Origin: Gammaproteobacteria bacterium
GTDB lineage: Bacteria > Pseudomonadota > Gammaproteobacteria > Burkholderiales > SG8-41
DNA length: 42,217 bases
Direction of reading: 5' to 3'
Assembly: GCA_041497655.1 (NCBI GenBank)
Contig: JBGQGU010000001.1
Span: forward strand, 1 to 42,217
Each line of letters starts with the position of its first letter. The stretch's first letter is position 1. The position numbers and the translations under genes were made by a program. Positions 39,601 to 42,217 of this stretch are shown one piece after another. The notes below the pieces were generated by a model. That model was given only the letters and a program-made list of their open reading frames with translations, was not told where the DNA came from and searched no databases.

Positions 39601-42217
39601 ATGAACGGGTCCGAGCAAATACAGCAATTCGAGCGCGCTGGGTTTTCTCCAGAGGAGATCAGCCAGTGGGCCACGCAGCAGCGCGAACAGCTTGCCTCCG
39701 CTGGCTTTCAGCCTGGTGAGATCACCGCCTGGTTCGGTGAACCTGATACGGCGGCAGCGAACGCGAGTCTTGCCAAATACACGGTCTCGACGCTTGAGAA
39801 CCTGGGCCACACCGTCAAGAGTATCGCCACCGTCTATGGTCCCATCGAGGCTGCGTTGAACGTGGCGACTGGCATCACCTTTGGCTTTCCAACCTATCTC
39901 GGTACAGGGGCTGGAACGCTAATCGCGCGCGGCCTGGGACTCAGCAAGGACGATCCGAAGGAAATCGCTTCCAAGTTCAGCCACTACATGACCTATCAGC
40001 CACAGACCGAAGCCGGGCAATGGCTATCACCTATCGTGAACCTGCCATTTACGAAGCTGATGGAAGTCTCGGAAACTGCCGGGCAGAAAGTAACCGACAT
40101 AACCGGAAGCCCGACTGCTGGGGCTTTGACAGAAGCGACCATCCAGATGCTGCCAGCGCCGCTCATCGGCGCGCTTGGTCGTCGGATCGCAGGCGAGGCT
40201 CCCACGAAGAACACATTTGACACTACCGCTCAGGCAATGGCTGGAGGTGATGCAGAAGTTGCGGCAGTTCTATCGGAGAAAATGAAATCGGTCTACAAAA
40301 AAACCGGCCTCGATCCGCAAGCGTTATTTGAGGCCGCCGAGAAAGACCCGAGCATCCTGCAGGATCTGGCTTCCGACAATTTGCCTGTGCCGCGGGCATT
40401 CCGAGTGCCGCCGGAGAAACCGCCTGAACCACTTGCGGCGACCGTTGCGAGAGAAGGGCCGCCTCGTTCGGAGGCCGCGAACAAGGTGCTTGCGCGGATC
40501 GTGACTGATGAGACAGCGCCCGCCCGTGGCGTGATGCAGACCCTGCACGACTGGTACACAGAATACGTCGATCGCCTTCATCCCATAAAACTGGCGCAGA
40601 CCGAGGCCGGCTTAAAGACTGGCGAGATCGGCCCGTACGAGGTTCAGCGTCTCACGGCCGGGATCGCGGGCAAGGCCAAGCAGTTCATTGAGTTTGGCGC
40701 GTTCGATGCCGAGACTTACCAGAACGTCGGGCCAAGTTACAAAGCTGTGCTCAATATGGCTGGCGAGGACCCGCAAGGATTCACGGCCTACATCGTTGCC
40801 AAGCACGCGATCGAACGAGAAGCCGCGGGCAAGGCTACCGGCATCGACCTGGAGGCCGCAAGGCAGGTGGTCGATGAGGGCGCGGCGAAGTTCGAGAGTG
40901 CTTCGGTTGCCAGGGTCCGGTACAAAAATGCGCTCCTCGATTACGCTCAGAAAAGCGGCATCCTGTCAGAAGATGCGGTCTCCGCGATGCACGAAGCGTA
41001 TCAGGCGCACGTGCCGTTCTATCGTTTCTTCGAGGGAGAGCCGCGTACAGCCGGCGGAGCCGAGCCGCGCAGTCCGGTCAAGCGCGCAATTGGCAGCGAG
41101 CGCCTGATCCTCGATCCGATCAAGAGCGACATCCTCGACACCTATTTATTCCTGTCGCTGTCGGAGCACAACATGGCGCGGCAGGCGCTCGTCGGGCAGT
41201 TGCCGCAATTCGTGGAAAAGCTCAAGACGGCCATCCGGCCGATTGGCATCACGGAAGATGAGGTCGCGCGCTTCTTCAAGGAAAACGGCATCCAGGCCGA
41301 TCCTGCCGCGTTCACCGCCTTCAGGCCATCATCCCATATTGCAGGACGCGGCGAGCTGGCGGTGTTCGAGGACGGCAAGCGCGTGCTCTACCAGCTCGAT
41401 CCCGAGCTGGCGCGGGCCTACGAAGGATTGGATGCGGCCCAAGCGAGCGCGCTGTCCTCGATGCTGCGATCGACGGCGAACTGGCTGCGGGCCGGGGTCA
41501 CGCTGTCGCCTGATTTCTCGTTACGCAATATCGTGCGGGATGCTATGTCAGCTTTCATCTATGCGGGCTCGCACCCGATCAAGACCGCGCGCGGCGCGAT
41601 AGCCTTGTGGCAGGAGAGCGAGCCCTATCAGAGTTGGCTCAAGGGCGGAGGGGGGAACGCCGCGATGGTGTCGATCCAGCGGCGCTATATCGACCAGCAC
41701 TTGTACGCGATTGAGCCCGAGACTCACTTGATGGAAAAAGCGTGGAACGTCGCAAAGTCGCCATTCGAGGCGCTGGCGATCCTCTCCGAGACGCTGGAGA
41801 ACGTGACCCGCCTCGGAATCGCCGTGGATGAGTTGGCTACCGCGAAAACCAAGGCGCAGATTCAGGCCCTTTCGATGTTGACCCGCGAGGGAACCGTTGA
41901 CTTCGCGCGCCACGGTGCCGATCCGTTCTTCTATAACTGGACGCGCGCGACCGCGTTCATGAATCCCGCGCTGCAGGGTGTGGACCGCATGATGCGGGCC
42001 TTCCAGGATAATCCGGTCGGGACCACGGCAAAGGCTTTGGCTGCGATAACCCTGCCCTCGGTATTGCTGTGGTGGGCGAACAAGGACGACCCGCGCTGGA
42101 AGGAGATCCCGGACTGGGAACGCGATCTCTTCTGGATCGTGATGACGCAGGATCACATCTACCGCATTCCGAAGCCGTTTGAGTTAGGCGTCTTATTCGG
42201 CAGTCTGCCCGAGCGCA
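39601..42217 (+). CDS. large hypothetical protein (over 872 aa, open at the window end), probably virion- or element-associated
   Basis: Not in the ORF track because it has no stop in the window. Manual translation from ATG 39601 (MNGSEQIQQFERAGFSPEEISQWATQQREQLASAGFQPGEITAWFGEP...) runs without a stop to nt 42217. The start lies 4 nt after the previous stop. Confidence 0.7.
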   Translation, partial: MNGSEQIQQFERAGFSPEEISQWATQQREQLASAGFQPGEITAWFGEPDTAAANASLAKYTVSTLENLGHTVKSIATVYGPIEAALNVATGITFGFPTYLGTGAGTLIARGLGLSKDDPKEIASKFSHYMTYQPQTEAGQWLSPIVNLPFTKLMEVSETAGQKVTDITGSPTAGALTEATIQMLPAPLIGALGRRIAGEAPTKNTFDTTAQAMAGGDAEVAAVLSEKMKSVYKKTGLDPQALFEAAEKDPSILQDLASDNLPVPRAFRVPPEKPPEPLAATVAREGPPRSEAANKVLARIVTDETAPARGVMQTLHDWYTEYVDRLHPIKLAQTEAGLKTGEIGPYEVQRLTAGIAGKAKQFIEFGAFDAETYQNVGPSYKAVLNMAGEDPQGFTAYIVAKHAIEREAAGKATGIDLEAARQVVDEGAAKFESASVARVRYKNALLDYAQKSGILSEDAVSAMHEAYQAHVPFYRFFEGEPRTAGGAEPRSPVKRAIGSERLILDPIKSDILDTYLFLSLSEHNMARQALVGQLPQFVEKLKTAIRPIGITEDEVARFFKENGIQADPAAFTAFRPSSHIAGRGELAVFEDGKRVLYQLDPELARAYEGLDAAQASALSSMLRSTANWLRAGVTLSPDFSLRNIVRDAMSAFIYAGSHPIKTARGAIALWQESEPYQSWLKGGGGNAAMVSIQRRYIDQHLYAIEPETHLMEKAWNVAKSPFEALAILSETLENVTRLGIAVDELATAKTKAQIQALSMLTREGTVDFARHGADPFFYNWTRATAFMNPALQGVDRMMRAFQDNPVGTTAKALAAITLPSVLLWWANKDDPRWKEIPDWERDLFWIVMTQDHIYRIPKPFELGVLFGSLPER

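Larger units (their letters stand above)
30445..42217 (+). mobile_element. integrase-led integrative element (phage satellite or atypical prophage), right end beyond the window
   Basis: Gene order is int, HTH, AlpA, hypothetical, D5/P4-type primase-NTPase, iteron-like repeats, TerS-like gene, then a coupled series of unknown proteins, all on the + strand. Confidence 0.6.

Noticed and set aside
1-42217. CRISPR arrays, rRNA genes and insertion sequences with transposases
   Set aside because: I saw no regularly spaced 25-40 bp repeats, no rRNA-like conserved stretches and no transposase-like ORFs (DDE or HUH motifs) on either strand.

Overview
High-GC window, probably Burkholderiales (inferred from five Bug/TctC-family binding proteins). 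It falls into three blocks.

(1) 1-16.8 kb, core genes. This block holds a divergent Fe(3+)-type ABC permease/ATPase pair and MltB. An amidohydrolase-2 gene, a CoxSML-type molybdenum hydroxylase and three Bug genes sit on the + strand. They converge on a minus-strand operon of LigI-like amidohydrolase, two Bug genes, a UbiD-family decarboxylase and a 51-aa zinc-ribbon ORF missing from the ORF track.

(2) About 17.0-30.4 kb, a compositionally patchy defence island that looks AT-richer by eye.
- It starts with a coupled two-gene module. The larger protein ends in a TNT/DUF4237-like putative NAD+ glycohydrolase domain, and the small partner is a paralog of the larger protein's N-terminal domain. 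This is my best candidate for an undescribed system.
- Next is a tightly packed minus-strand operon: OLD/PARIS-like ABC-ATPase-TOPRIM, a small WYL-like protein, hsdM, hsdS, hsdR and a DUF45 zincin peptidase. The junctions from hsdM through the peptidase overlap.
- Two orphan genes of unknown function follow.

(3) 30.4-42.2 kb, an integrase-led integrative element: P4-type integrase, HTH protein, AlpA, D5/P4-family primase-NTPase, iteron-like repeats, an orphan TerS-like gene and a coupled run of unknown proteins. The run ends in an ORF longer than 872 aa that is open at the window end.

No rRNA, intact tRNA or CRISPR array was seen. All family assignments come from motif reading by eye, and no searches were run.
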